The position numbers and the translations under genes were made by a program. From assembly GCA_964645485.1 (NCBI GenBank), contig CAZXZO010000008.1, positions 1,674-36,359 of the forward strand: a stretch of 34,686 nt of DNA, given 5' to 3'. The notes beneath the pieces are model-generated. The model saw only the letters and a program-made list of their open reading frames with translations, was not told the DNA's origin and did no database searches. Shown here one piece after another: positions 8,876 to 16,595 of the stretch. This stretch comes from an uncultured Candidatus Poseidoniales archaeon. Its GTDB lineage: Archaea > Thermoplasmatota > Poseidoniia > Poseidoniales > Thalassarchaeaceae. How positions within the stretch are numbered: the stretch's first letter is position 1; each line of letters starts with the position of its first letter.

Positions 8876-9661
8876 ATGGGTGAGGTACCCCTTAGTCACC
8901 CGCGTTATAATTCGTTGATGGGTAGAAAATTGCTGACCGAAGCTGCTGCAGATGGGTTGTTGGCTGATTCCGCTTTGATAGCACATGGCAGAGGAGAAGC
9001 CTATGATTACCTACTAGGTGAAGCAACATGCGAAAGTGCTCGGGCAGCAATAACTCAATCTGCAATTCTAATGAAAGATGCAAAACGATGCGTGATATCA
9101 GTCAATGGAAATGCGGTAGCCCTCGCTGCTGCTGACTTAATTCGTTGTGCTGCAGTTTTGCAATGTCCAATTGAAATCAATATCTATTATCGTACACCCG
9201 AAAGAATGACCGCTCTTAGTTCCCGACTTGACAGGGCCAAAAAAGAGGTTCGTGAAAATAGTGCACCTAATGGATGGGTGGGGGATTGGCAAACTGCCGT
9301 ATCTGATGTGAAAATTCTTGGTATAAATCCAGATTCACGCATTCCTAATCTTGATGGACCAAGAGCAAATTGTTGTAGTGAAGGAATCTTAAATGCGGAT
9401 GTGATTTTTGTTCCATTGGAAGATGGAGACAGATGTGAAGCACTCATGAAAATGGGCAAAAAAATGATTGTGGTGGATTTGAATCCACTTTCCCGTACCG
9501 CTCGGCGAGCAACAGTGACAATTGTTGACGAATTGATGAGAATGGTTCCAATTCTCCTTTCGGACTTGGTAAATGTAGAACCTGAAAGGGCACTAAAATG
9601 GGACAACCAAGCCAATTTAGATAATTCACTCGCGGTAATGTTGAGAAGACTTGACGAATGA
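8876..9661 (+). CDS. pps: Archaeal 4-phosphopantoate--beta-alanine ligase (phosphopantothenate synthetase)
   Basis: SHPRY, AHGRGEAYDYLLGE, ISVNGN, VPLEDGDR, DLNPLSRTA. AGGTGG SD-like sequence 5 nt upstream of ATG 8876 (GTG 8867 alternative). Confidence 0.92.
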   Translation: MGEVPLSHPRYNSLMGRKLLTEAAADGLLADSALIAHGRGEAYDYLLGEATCESARAAITQSAILMKDAKRCVISVNGNAVALAAADLIRCAAVLQCPIEINIYYRTPERMTALSSRLDRAKKEVRENSAPNGWVGDWQTAVSDVKILGINPDSRIPNLDGPRANCCSEGILNADVIFVPLEDGDRCEALMKMGKKMIVVDLNPLSRTARRATVTIVDELMRMVPILLSDLVNVEPERALKWDNQANLDNSLAVMLRRLDE

Positions 9662-9726
9662 TTCTGTACGAAAAGCATCCGTAGTAACCTTTTTGCACAG
9701 GTACGCCCAAGCATAATTGACTTGAA

Positions 9727-10356
9727 ATGGTTGAGAGAAAGAGTAATTCTGAGGGGACGGATGATTTTTTTTCCTCGCAAATGAATTTTGATCTTGACGA
9801 TAACAAAAAAATGAAGAAGCGGAGAAGACGTCCCAGAGATGGGAAAAGGCGATCAAAACCTGTTAGTTTAAGAGAAGTGGATTTTCAAAAACCTTACCCG
9901 AAGAAAACCAAACTTGATCATAAAAAAATTCCTCGACAAAATGACCAAATCGCCAGTTGCCCCGGTTGTGGTTCTGATGTAAACGAAGGTGATTTTGTGG
10001 ATGTCATCATTTCTTTTGTCACTGGTGCCTTTGACTATCTAGAAGGAAATCCTGTGCGAACCCAAACCATTCAAAGTTTGAGGCAACAGGCGAAAGCACT
10101 CGATATGCCTGAACCACAACAAGACTGGATGTTGGAGATTTGCGCTAAACTTGAAGTTCAAATACAGAGGTCTGTAGATGCCCAGAGAGATGGAATTAGG
10201 CGCGGTTTAGAAGAGGAATTGCGACGCGAACTAGTCGGCGAGTTTTATGAGCACGTTAGACAGGAAGTTGAGCATGCAATCCGTCAAGAAGTAGAATCTG
10301 AAATGTGGGAAAAATTTGAAGAAATTAACCGAGAGAGGAATAATCAACAAGACTGA
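9727..10356 (+). CDS. Hypothetical protein: basic N-terminus, single CxxC, C-terminal coiled coil
   Basis: KKMKKRRRRPRDGKRRSK; CPGCG; E/R-rich helical tail. 209-aa ORF filling the gap between pps and the convergent dehydrogenase. Confidence 0.7.
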   Translation: MVERKSNSEGTDDFFSSQMNFDLDDNKKMKKRRRRPRDGKRRSKPVSLREVDFQKPYPKKTKLDHKKIPRQNDQIASCPGCGSDVNEGDFVDVIISFVTGAFDYLEGNPVRTQTIQSLRQQAKALDMPEPQQDWMLEICAKLEVQIQRSVDAQRDGIRRGLEEELRRELVGEFYEHVRQEVEHAIRQEVESEMWEKFEEINRERNNQQD

Positions 10357-10358
10357 GC

Positions 10359-11540
10359 CTATTGTGCTTCCAATAAATTAGAGAGGCGTCCTACAATAGA
10401 ATCACCAACATCTGAAGTTGATGCATCACCACCTAAATCATAGGTCAAAATTGAACCATCCTGAAGATGTTCTGATACCGCTTTTTCAATTAATTCAGAG
10501 ACTTGGATTGCTTCTTCATCATTGTGTTTCATTCCAAGCCACTCAATCATTAATTGTACTGAATTAATTGTTGCGATTGGATTGACTTTACCCTGTCCAG
10601 CATATTTTGGAGACGAGCCATGTACTGGCTCAAAGAGTCCATGTTGGTCGCCTATGTTTGCACTTGCTGCCATTCCCATCCCCCCTTGGAGAACACTGCC
10701 TAAATCAGTGACTATATCGCCAAACATGTTGCTTGTGACTACAACATCAAACCACTCGGGGTTGCGTACCATCCACATTGTGAATGCATCGATATATGCG
10801 TCATCTTTTCCTATATCTGGGTACTCTTCACCAACTTCATGGAACACACGCCTGAAAAGTTGACAACCTCTAGTGACGTTACTCTTGTCAACACACGTGA
10901 CACTTGATTTACCTGAACTTGGGGAACCTTTTCTCCTCTTGGCATATTCAAAACCAAGGCGAATTAATTTTTTTGAGCCGTTTGTTGAGATTGGGCGTGC
11001 ATCCCAAGCCACTTCTCCTTCAATTCCTCCAAACTCCATCTCTTCCACTTCCTCAGGTTCTTTGCCCTGCGCACGAAGTGCAGAACGACGTAATAGGCTA
11101 TGATAGAGCCCTTCCGTGTTTTCACGGAGAACTAACAAATCCACCTTTGTTGGTGACCAAACTTGAGTAAAATTATCGTGGATTTTATGTTTTACACCTT
11201 CATACAATTTAATTGGACGAACATTAGCATATAGGTTCAAACCACTTCGTAATCCAAGAATTACCTGGCCACCTGCAAGGTCGCCGTTTGGTAGATTAGC
11301 CCCCGGCCAGCCAATGGCACCAAGGAGAATAGCATCTGAATTATCTCGACAATGTTCAAACGAGCCGGCGGGCCATTCTTCGCCGGTCTCAAGCCAATAT
11401 TGTCCGCCACAAGGAATTATTGTTCTATCAAAAGTTAATCCGGTTTTATTTTCGATGCAATTTAACAGTTTTTCAGCCTCTTTGATGACCTCTGGACCAG
11501 TCCCGTCGCCGGGCAAAATGGTGAGGCGGTAAGCCGACAT
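10359..11540 (-). CDS. Isocitrate/isopropylmalate (beta-decarboxylating) dehydrogenase family protein
   Basis: LPGDGTGPEV, LRSGLNLYANVRP, RENTEGLY, VDKSNV, NMFGDIVTDL, FEPVHGSSPKYAG, NPIA. Confidence 0.93.
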   Translation of the reverse strand: MSAYRLTILPGDGTGPEVIKEAEKLLNCIENKTGLTFDRTIIPCGGQYWLETGEEWPAGSFEHCRDNSDAILLGAIGWPGANLPNGDLAGGQVILGLRSGLNLYANVRPIKLYEGVKHKIHDNFTQVWSPTKVDLLVLRENTEGLYHSLLRRSALRAQGKEPEEVEEMEFGGIEGEVAWDARPISTNGSKKLIRLGFEYAKRRKGSPSSGKSSVTCVDKSNVTRGCQLFRRVFHEVGEEYPDIGKDDAYIDAFTMWMVRNPEWFDVVVTSNMFGDIVTDLGSVLQGGMGMAASANIGDQHGLFEPVHGSSPKYAGQGKVNPIATINSVQLMIEWLGMKHNDEEAIQVSELIEKAVSEHLQDGSILTYDLGGDASTSDVGDSIVGRLSNLLEAQ

Positions 11541-11626
11541 CGTGGGGTCGAGTGGCTTAACCTAAATGAACACAACCATTCGCACTTTTATCCCTTCACC
11601 AAGGGCATACTTCATCAACCGTCACA

Positions 11627-12277
11627 GTGGGCAACCTTGACGTGACAACCCGAGGCCCGTCAGAACCCGATGAGAGCACCAAGATTGACGCAGGTACACT
11701 TCCAGTGGAACTACGTGAACTCTGGGAAGTGATGTTAAGATTAGATCCACATTGGAATATTGAGAATTGGTTGGCAAAACGTGCCTCCGAGGAATTAAAA
11801 TTAGTTGAAGCGAATCTTGCTAAGGAGCAAATGCGCCTTGAACAGCGTTTGAGTAGGGTTAACACATTGGCTGAAAGAATGAAGAGAAGAGGAATGCAAA
11901 TTGATGAAATAAAATGGAATGACCCACATCAACGTAACCTCTTCGATATCTTCCCACATGAAAAACAAAGTGATGTGGATGAATTAGAACAAGAGAATGT
12001 TGAACCAAGTGAGGAAGAACATCCAGCTGCAATTCTTCTAGATTATCTTCCTGGTGAAACCGGCGATGACCCTCTACTTGCAATCGTTGCCCAACATATC
12101 CTTCTAGAAATGGATGAATTATTATCAGAAGGAAACTTGCCTGTTAATCTTGATGAGATAGGGGATTCACTTGAATCTCAAGGAGTAAATCCTGATGAAG
12201 TGATTGAAGCACTCGAGTGGTTACTCCAGCAAGGTGAAATCACAGAGGTTGACGAAGATAAATTCACTTTGAACTAA
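11627..12277 (+). CDS. Hypothetical soluble protein: RHH-like N-terminus, coiled coil, acidic linker, C-terminal winged helix
   Basis: 216-aa ORF with GTG start. C-terminal VNLDEIGDSLESQGVNPDEVIEALEWLLQQGEITEVDEDKF matches a winged-helix pattern. Domain calls are by eye. Confidence 0.72.
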   Translation: MGNLDVTTRGPSEPDESTKIDAGTLPVELRELWEVMLRLDPHWNIENWLAKRASEELKLVEANLAKEQMRLEQRLSRVNTLAERMKRRGMQIDEIKWNDPHQRNLFDIFPHEKQSDVDELEQENVEPSEEEHPAAILLDYLPGETGDDPLLAIVAQHILLEMDELLSEGNLPVNLDEIGDSLESQGVNPDEVIEALEWLLQQGEITEVDEDKFTLN

Positions 12278-12340
12278 TAGTTCAACGGGCCAAACTCGGG
12301 AAACAGTAAATTACTACGCGGAAGAAGAAACAGCATCGGG

Positions 12341-13132
12341 ATGCCACGCTTACGAGCAATATTAGTTGGAGCGCTTTTGGGTGTATGGTTATACGCTAGT
12401 TTAGGGATTGCTGCTGAGTTATCTGTTTTGGCGGGAATTATTGCTACAGTATTGTATGATTCCCCACACAATTCTCAAGAGCGGAAGCGTCTATCAAAAA
12501 TTGCATCCGAACAAGCAATCAAGATAAGTTATGGCGAACAACAACTCCTGGCATTTGTAAATCAGTGTGACCAACTGCAAGTCATGGTCCACAGCCGAGA
12601 TGACCAACTTCGTACTGCTCTGACAGAATTAGAAAGAAGAGATTCAGTTGGGGCACCTGAAGCAAGAAAATTGATTGAAAGTCAACGTAAAGCGCTGAAA
12701 GTTCAGAAGAAATCTATGGAAGAGGCTCAACAACTTATTCGGGCCCAGCAAAGGATGCTAAACAAACTTGAAAATCAAACCAATGCGGGCCATGACCGTT
12801 GGGAGGAAACGCTAGCCAGCCTAGAGAGAATGTTGTCGAATCAAGCCAACACCGCTAATTCAACAGAACAACAATTGCTAGACCAAGTTGCTGCTGGAAA
12901 TCGCGAATTACAAAAAACGCTAACTGATTTACTTCAGCAGTTAGCTATGGAGCCTAGAACCTCCAATGTTAATGTACAGGATTCTGTAGTTATGAAAAGT
13001 GGCCCAGAGGTCCATCATCGACAATCACCTAGCCAACAACCAATCCCAACAATACAGGCTATACCAATCGGCAAACCTCAGCGTACCACCGAGGTAGAGT
13101 GGATGAAGTCTTTACCCAAGGATTTGACTTGA
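12341..13132 (+). CDS. Hypothetical membrane-anchored long coiled-coil protein
   Basis: Two N-terminal hydrophobic helices, about 150 aa of Q/E/L/K-rich heptads, Pro/Gln-rich tail. Confidence 0.75.
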   Translation: MPRLRAILVGALLGVWLYASLGIAAELSVLAGIIATVLYDSPHNSQERKRLSKIASEQAIKISYGEQQLLAFVNQCDQLQVMVHSRDDQLRTALTELERRDSVGAPEARKLIESQRKALKVQKKSMEEAQQLIRAQQRMLNKLENQTNAGHDRWEETLASLERMLSNQANTANSTEQQLLDQVAAGNRELQKTLTDLLQQLAMEPRTSNVNVQDSVVMKSGPEVHHRQSPSQQPIPTIQAIPIGKPQRTTEVEWMKSLPKDLT

Positions 13133-13141
13133 GGGTAAAAC

Positions 13142-13843
13142 ATGGCACAAGACTTGCGAAAGGAATTCCGTAAGAGTGTTCTACGCGCAAAATATAGTGC
13201 TAACATTTTTTATTTCATTGCGATTAGTTTACTGACCTTTTTTCTCTGGCCTTATCTACCTATTCAACAACAAAATGTGTTCGGTATTATTGTGATCTGT
13301 TTTTTCTTATTATCAATGATAAATGCAAATCGTCAAACAAATAAAGTCATGAAAATTATTGATGATTTAATACTCGCCCGCGGGCTAGTAACTGATTTCG
13401 ATGAGTTATCAATCAATGAAACAATCAAACTCACTGGGTTTTTCTATAAACTCACCAATGCACATGCATCTCTAAAAGCATTATTTTCCCCACCAAAAGA
13501 TGGACAATTCGCTAAAGAAGTAAACTGGCAAGGTGGTGAGATATACAAAACAAGAGGCAAGGATCCAAAGGGGCCTGCGAAAGGAAAAGGAGCCGATACC
13601 TTTGGAGAAATCTTATCCAGAGTTGATGCAATGTCTGTTCGTCCCGAACACGAAGGAATTGAAGGCCCACTTACTAAGACTGAAAAAATGGTTGAAAAGG
13701 CAAATGAAATTGCCGCCGAGAAAGCCCTCAAAGATTGGGAGGCGGCAGAATCAGTAGACCCTGATTTAATTGAGGCTGGAGTTGACAAATTAGGCGACTT
13801 AGTCGCTTCAGGGCACTTTAAAGGTCCAGAAAATAAGCCTTAA
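13142..13843 (+). CDS. Hypothetical 2-TM membrane protein with charged cytoplasmic tail
   Basis: Two TM helices near the N-terminus; GAGGG SD-like sequence overlapping the upstream stop, 9-nt gap. Confidence 0.75.
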   Translation: MAQDLRKEFRKSVLRAKYSANIFYFIAISLLTFFLWPYLPIQQQNVFGIIVICFFLLSMINANRQTNKVMKIIDDLILARGLVTDFDELSINETIKLTGFFYKLTNAHASLKALFSPPKDGQFAKEVNWQGGEIYKTRGKDPKGPAKGKGADTFGEILSRVDAMSVRPEHEGIEGPLTKTEKMVEKANEIAAEKALKDWEAAESVDPDLIEAGVDKLGDLVASGHFKGPENKP

Positions 13844-13908
13844 CCCCCCTGTTTTGAAACATCAAGCGATAAAAGGGGGAAGGGATGCCGCATAGTTAGG
13901 GATGAGGA

Positions 13909-14682
13909 ATGGAGATGAAGGCTGTTCTAGTTGCAGGCGGGTATGGTTCGCGCCTGTATCCATTCACTCGATACACTCACAAAACCCTTCTACCACTTCA
14001 TAGAAGACCGGTGATTGACTATGCTCTAGCAACCATTCGCAGAGCGGGGATTAAAGATATCACAATCATTGGAAACCAATTCATTGGCCAAATTGCTCAA
14101 CACGTAGGTACAGGCCTAAAAGGGGAAAATATTCACTATGTGATAGAAGAAGAACCGAAGGGAGTACATCACGCACTTAACTTGGCTCGGCCTCATGTGG
14201 AGGGGGCTAGAACCCTCATTTATTTCTCAGACAACATTGTGACATATGAATTAGATAAGGATGTAAAAAACTGGAGAGACTCTTTACAACCCCCTGGTTG
14301 TTTACTACTTGGTAGAACAGTGCCAGACCCGGAGAGGTTTGGGGTCGCGGTGTTTGGTGATGAGGGAGAGATTGTTGATATTGTTGAGAAGCCTGTTGAG
14401 CCACCCTCAGCAGTTGCAATCGGTGGAATCTATCTCTATGATGAGAATTTTTGGAAAATCATGGATGAAGAGTACAATAAAATTGGCAAGAAGTTCACAA
14501 TAACCGATGTAAATAGGCATTATCTGAGCCAAGGCCGAATTAAACTAGTAAATATTGATGAATATCAATGGCTTGATTGTGGGACACCAGATGCACTGTT
14601 GGAAGCTTCGGCTTTAGCCAAGAAAGGCATACTCTCTCCTTCGCCTTGCAACATTAGAGAGGGCGATTCCAAACTGCAATAA
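13909..14682 (+). CDS. Sugar-1-phosphate nucleotidyltransferase (RmlA/glucose-1-phosphate thymidylyltransferase-like)
   Basis: KAVLVAGGYGSRLYPFT, KTLLP, DPERFGVA, IVEKP, GIYLYD, WLDCGTPDALLEAS. Confidence 0.9.
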   Translation: MEMKAVLVAGGYGSRLYPFTRYTHKTLLPLHRRPVIDYALATIRRAGIKDITIIGNQFIGQIAQHVGTGLKGENIHYVIEEEPKGVHHALNLARPHVEGARTLIYFSDNIVTYELDKDVKNWRDSLQPPGCLLLGRTVPDPERFGVAVFGDEGEIVDIVEKPVEPPSAVAIGGIYLYDENFWKIMDEEYNKIGKKFTITDVNRHYLSQGRIKLVNIDEYQWLDCGTPDALLEASALAKKGILSPSPCNIREGDSKLQ

Positions 14683-14686
14683 TTCA

Positions 14687-16579
14687 CTAATCTCTGCTGA
14701 TTTCAATTTTTTCAGAACTACCATTATCAAATGTAACTTCATAGATGTCCATTCCACCTTGTTGTGATTTTTCAACACTAGTAATAATTAGATTGATGTT
14801 TATTGATGTTTCAAATTCAACATTTTTCCCCTCTTGATAAAAATTGAGACTTGTTATCGGATTGATCTCAGTCAATACAGTAGATTGCCACCCCCTCATT
14901 GGTTCAAAAGAGCCACTAAATATTTCTAATTCAGAAATAACCCTCAACTGTTTCAATGTCAAGTTAGAATTATCTTTTCCACTAGTTAATAGTAAATCAT
15001 TCTCATTAATTTCGGACACATTTACATCAGGTCCTATGTTGAATATTTGCGTATATTTGTGGAAGTCATGAGATTCAATTTCATCATGAAAATAAACAGC
15101 CCCTTCTTCAAAGAATATTGCAGTGCGTGTTATTTTTACTCCATCATATTGTGTATGACTTGCTTTAACATAGCTATAGTTTGGTGTAATCCCGTATGAT
15201 TCAATTATTGATTCACCAACATTATGCTTATCTCGTATATTGAATGAAGAATCATCTACTGCTATCGAATTATGTGCAAATACACTTTTTACAAATGTAC
15301 GATATATGTTTTCTTCGTGATAAGCTGAATCTGCAGCATATTTACCTGAATCTACAAAATAATCCGTGTCTTGGTAAGACAAAACAAATGACAAGTCATC
15401 GCTTTGTTTATGCACATTTGAATGGTATGAATTAAACAATGCAAAATAAATTGGAGCGGTTGTATCCCAATTATTTTTGAAAACTGCAACCCCAGCATCT
15501 TCGTATACAATGCTGTTTTCAACTATCTTTTCTCCATTGTTTCCATCTGTTACCAAATATAATAAATGTTCATTTGTAACATCACTAACTGGGATTTTTA
15601 GGACATTTACACTATTAGAATCGCCGACCAAGGGGGTAAGACCGTTTGGTTTAGTAACGTGTACCAAATATTCCTCCATGTTGTAAATTGTTGAATCTAA
15701 TTTATCAAAACTAATATTGTAATGTTCTGTAAATTTGGATATGCTAGTGAATAATTTCAATACTAAATAATGATATGCAACACTATGTTCTTTATGTACG
15801 CCTGTAGGTGTGACGCCATAATCAATTTGATCTGAAAGTCTAGAAATACTAATTTCTAGCCATTTATCGCTTTCATCAAAGTTCGGAAATAATACTGCTA
15901 ATTGTAACAATGACTTGTCTTGATATATTCCATGATTGTGTTTCCAAATGTAATTTCCATCATCGGCAGTAAATTCACCATGCTTTCGTAACATATTGAG
16001 AATTTCGTTTGCAAAATCATCGTCATAAATTTCTGATGTGCGGTAATTATCCCAGAAATAAATTAGCGTGGTGATTCTATTTGCGGTGCTATGATCATCC
16101 CATCCAAAAATACTTGCCTGTTGATATCTACATGGATTGTGTTCATCCCAACTTTGAATAAACCATTTGGCTTTTTCTAAATATACAATATCTCCTTTCA
16201 ACTCATACGCATTAATCAAATAACTAACCATCCTTAAGCTATGGAAATAAAATTGCCAGGTCCAATCATCATACGGGTTCTCTGACCAATCCAATTCATC
16301 TTCGTCAAAAACAAACGGTTCCCAATATCTTAACAAAAAAATTTCATTTTTATTGATTAAATTATCAGCTATTTCAATCGAACTATTATACGCTGGTGTC
16401 CTTTTTGAATAATAATGCTCTTCGTATTGATTCCAAATTTGATTACTATCTTCTAAATTATATTCAATATCTTCAACATCACAAGACATGAAAAGTGAAG
16501 TGTAAAAGGGACTGATGAAGGAAAAAATGACTAAACCCAATAGTATAAATTTTATCATTCCGCCATCGTAGGGTTTCAT
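14687..16579 (-). CDS. Heparinase II/III-like (alginate-lyase-fold) protein with N-terminal signal/anchor
   Basis: FHSLRMV, WDDHSTANR, NHGIYQD, EHSVAYH, PLVGDS, HKQSDDLSF, DSGKY, AHNSIAVD. Start ATG 16579 or 16558; the ORF-track start 16639 overlaps the upstream GT. Confidence 0.82.
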   Translation of the reverse strand: MKPYDGGMIKFILLGLVIFSFISPFYTSLFMSCDVEDIEYNLEDSNQIWNQYEEHYYSKRTPAYNSSIEIADNLINKNEIFLLRYWEPFVFDEDELDWSENPYDDWTWQFYFHSLRMVSYLINAYELKGDIVYLEKAKWFIQSWDEHNPCRYQQASIFGWDDHSTANRITTLIYFWDNYRTSEIYDDDFANEILNMLRKHGEFTADDGNYIWKHNHGIYQDKSLLQLAVLFPNFDESDKWLEISISRLSDQIDYGVTPTGVHKEHSVAYHYLVLKLFTSISKFTEHYNISFDKLDSTIYNMEEYLVHVTKPNGLTPLVGDSNSVNVLKIPVSDVTNEHLLYLVTDGNNGEKIVENSIVYEDAGVAVFKNNWDTTAPIYFALFNSYHSNVHKQSDDLSFVLSYQDTDYFVDSGKYAADSAYHEENIYRTFVKSVFAHNSIAVDDSSFNIRDKHNVGESIIESYGITPNYSYVKASHTQYDGVKITRTAIFFEEGAVYFHDEIESHDFHKYTQIFNIGPDVNVSEINENDLLLTSGKDNSNLTLKQLRVISELEIFSGSFEPMRGWQSTVLTEINPITSLNFYQEGKNVEFETSININLIITSVEKSQQGGMDIYEVTFDNGSSEKIEISRD

Positions 16580-16595
16580 TCTAATCACTATAATT

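Noticed and set aside
8864-8878. nadC TAG followed immediately by an in-frame GTG of pps, suggesting read-through or a fusion
   Set aside because: In-frame adjacency has about a 1-in-3 chance; an AGGTGG SD before ATG 8876 explains independent initiation; no pyrrolysine genes in the window.
9187-9806. Long minus-strand ORFs (197 aa and 120 aa) opposite pps
   Set aside because: Antisense shadows of a strongly conserved gene; no motifs. The same applies to the other short overlapping ORFs in the track (e.g. 7930..8307, 13444..13788, 34089..34445).
12275-12340. ORF 11627 and ORF 12341 share a frame with 20 open codons between them
   Set aside because: They are separated by a double stop (TAA TAG); a 20-codon open stretch is common by chance.
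13845-13880. CCCCCT...AGGGGG arms enclosing TGTTT-TG-AAACA, reminiscent of a terminator or parS half-sites
   Set aside because: Long loop, no U-tract, and it does not match the 16-bp parS consensus; overlaps a probable TATA region.
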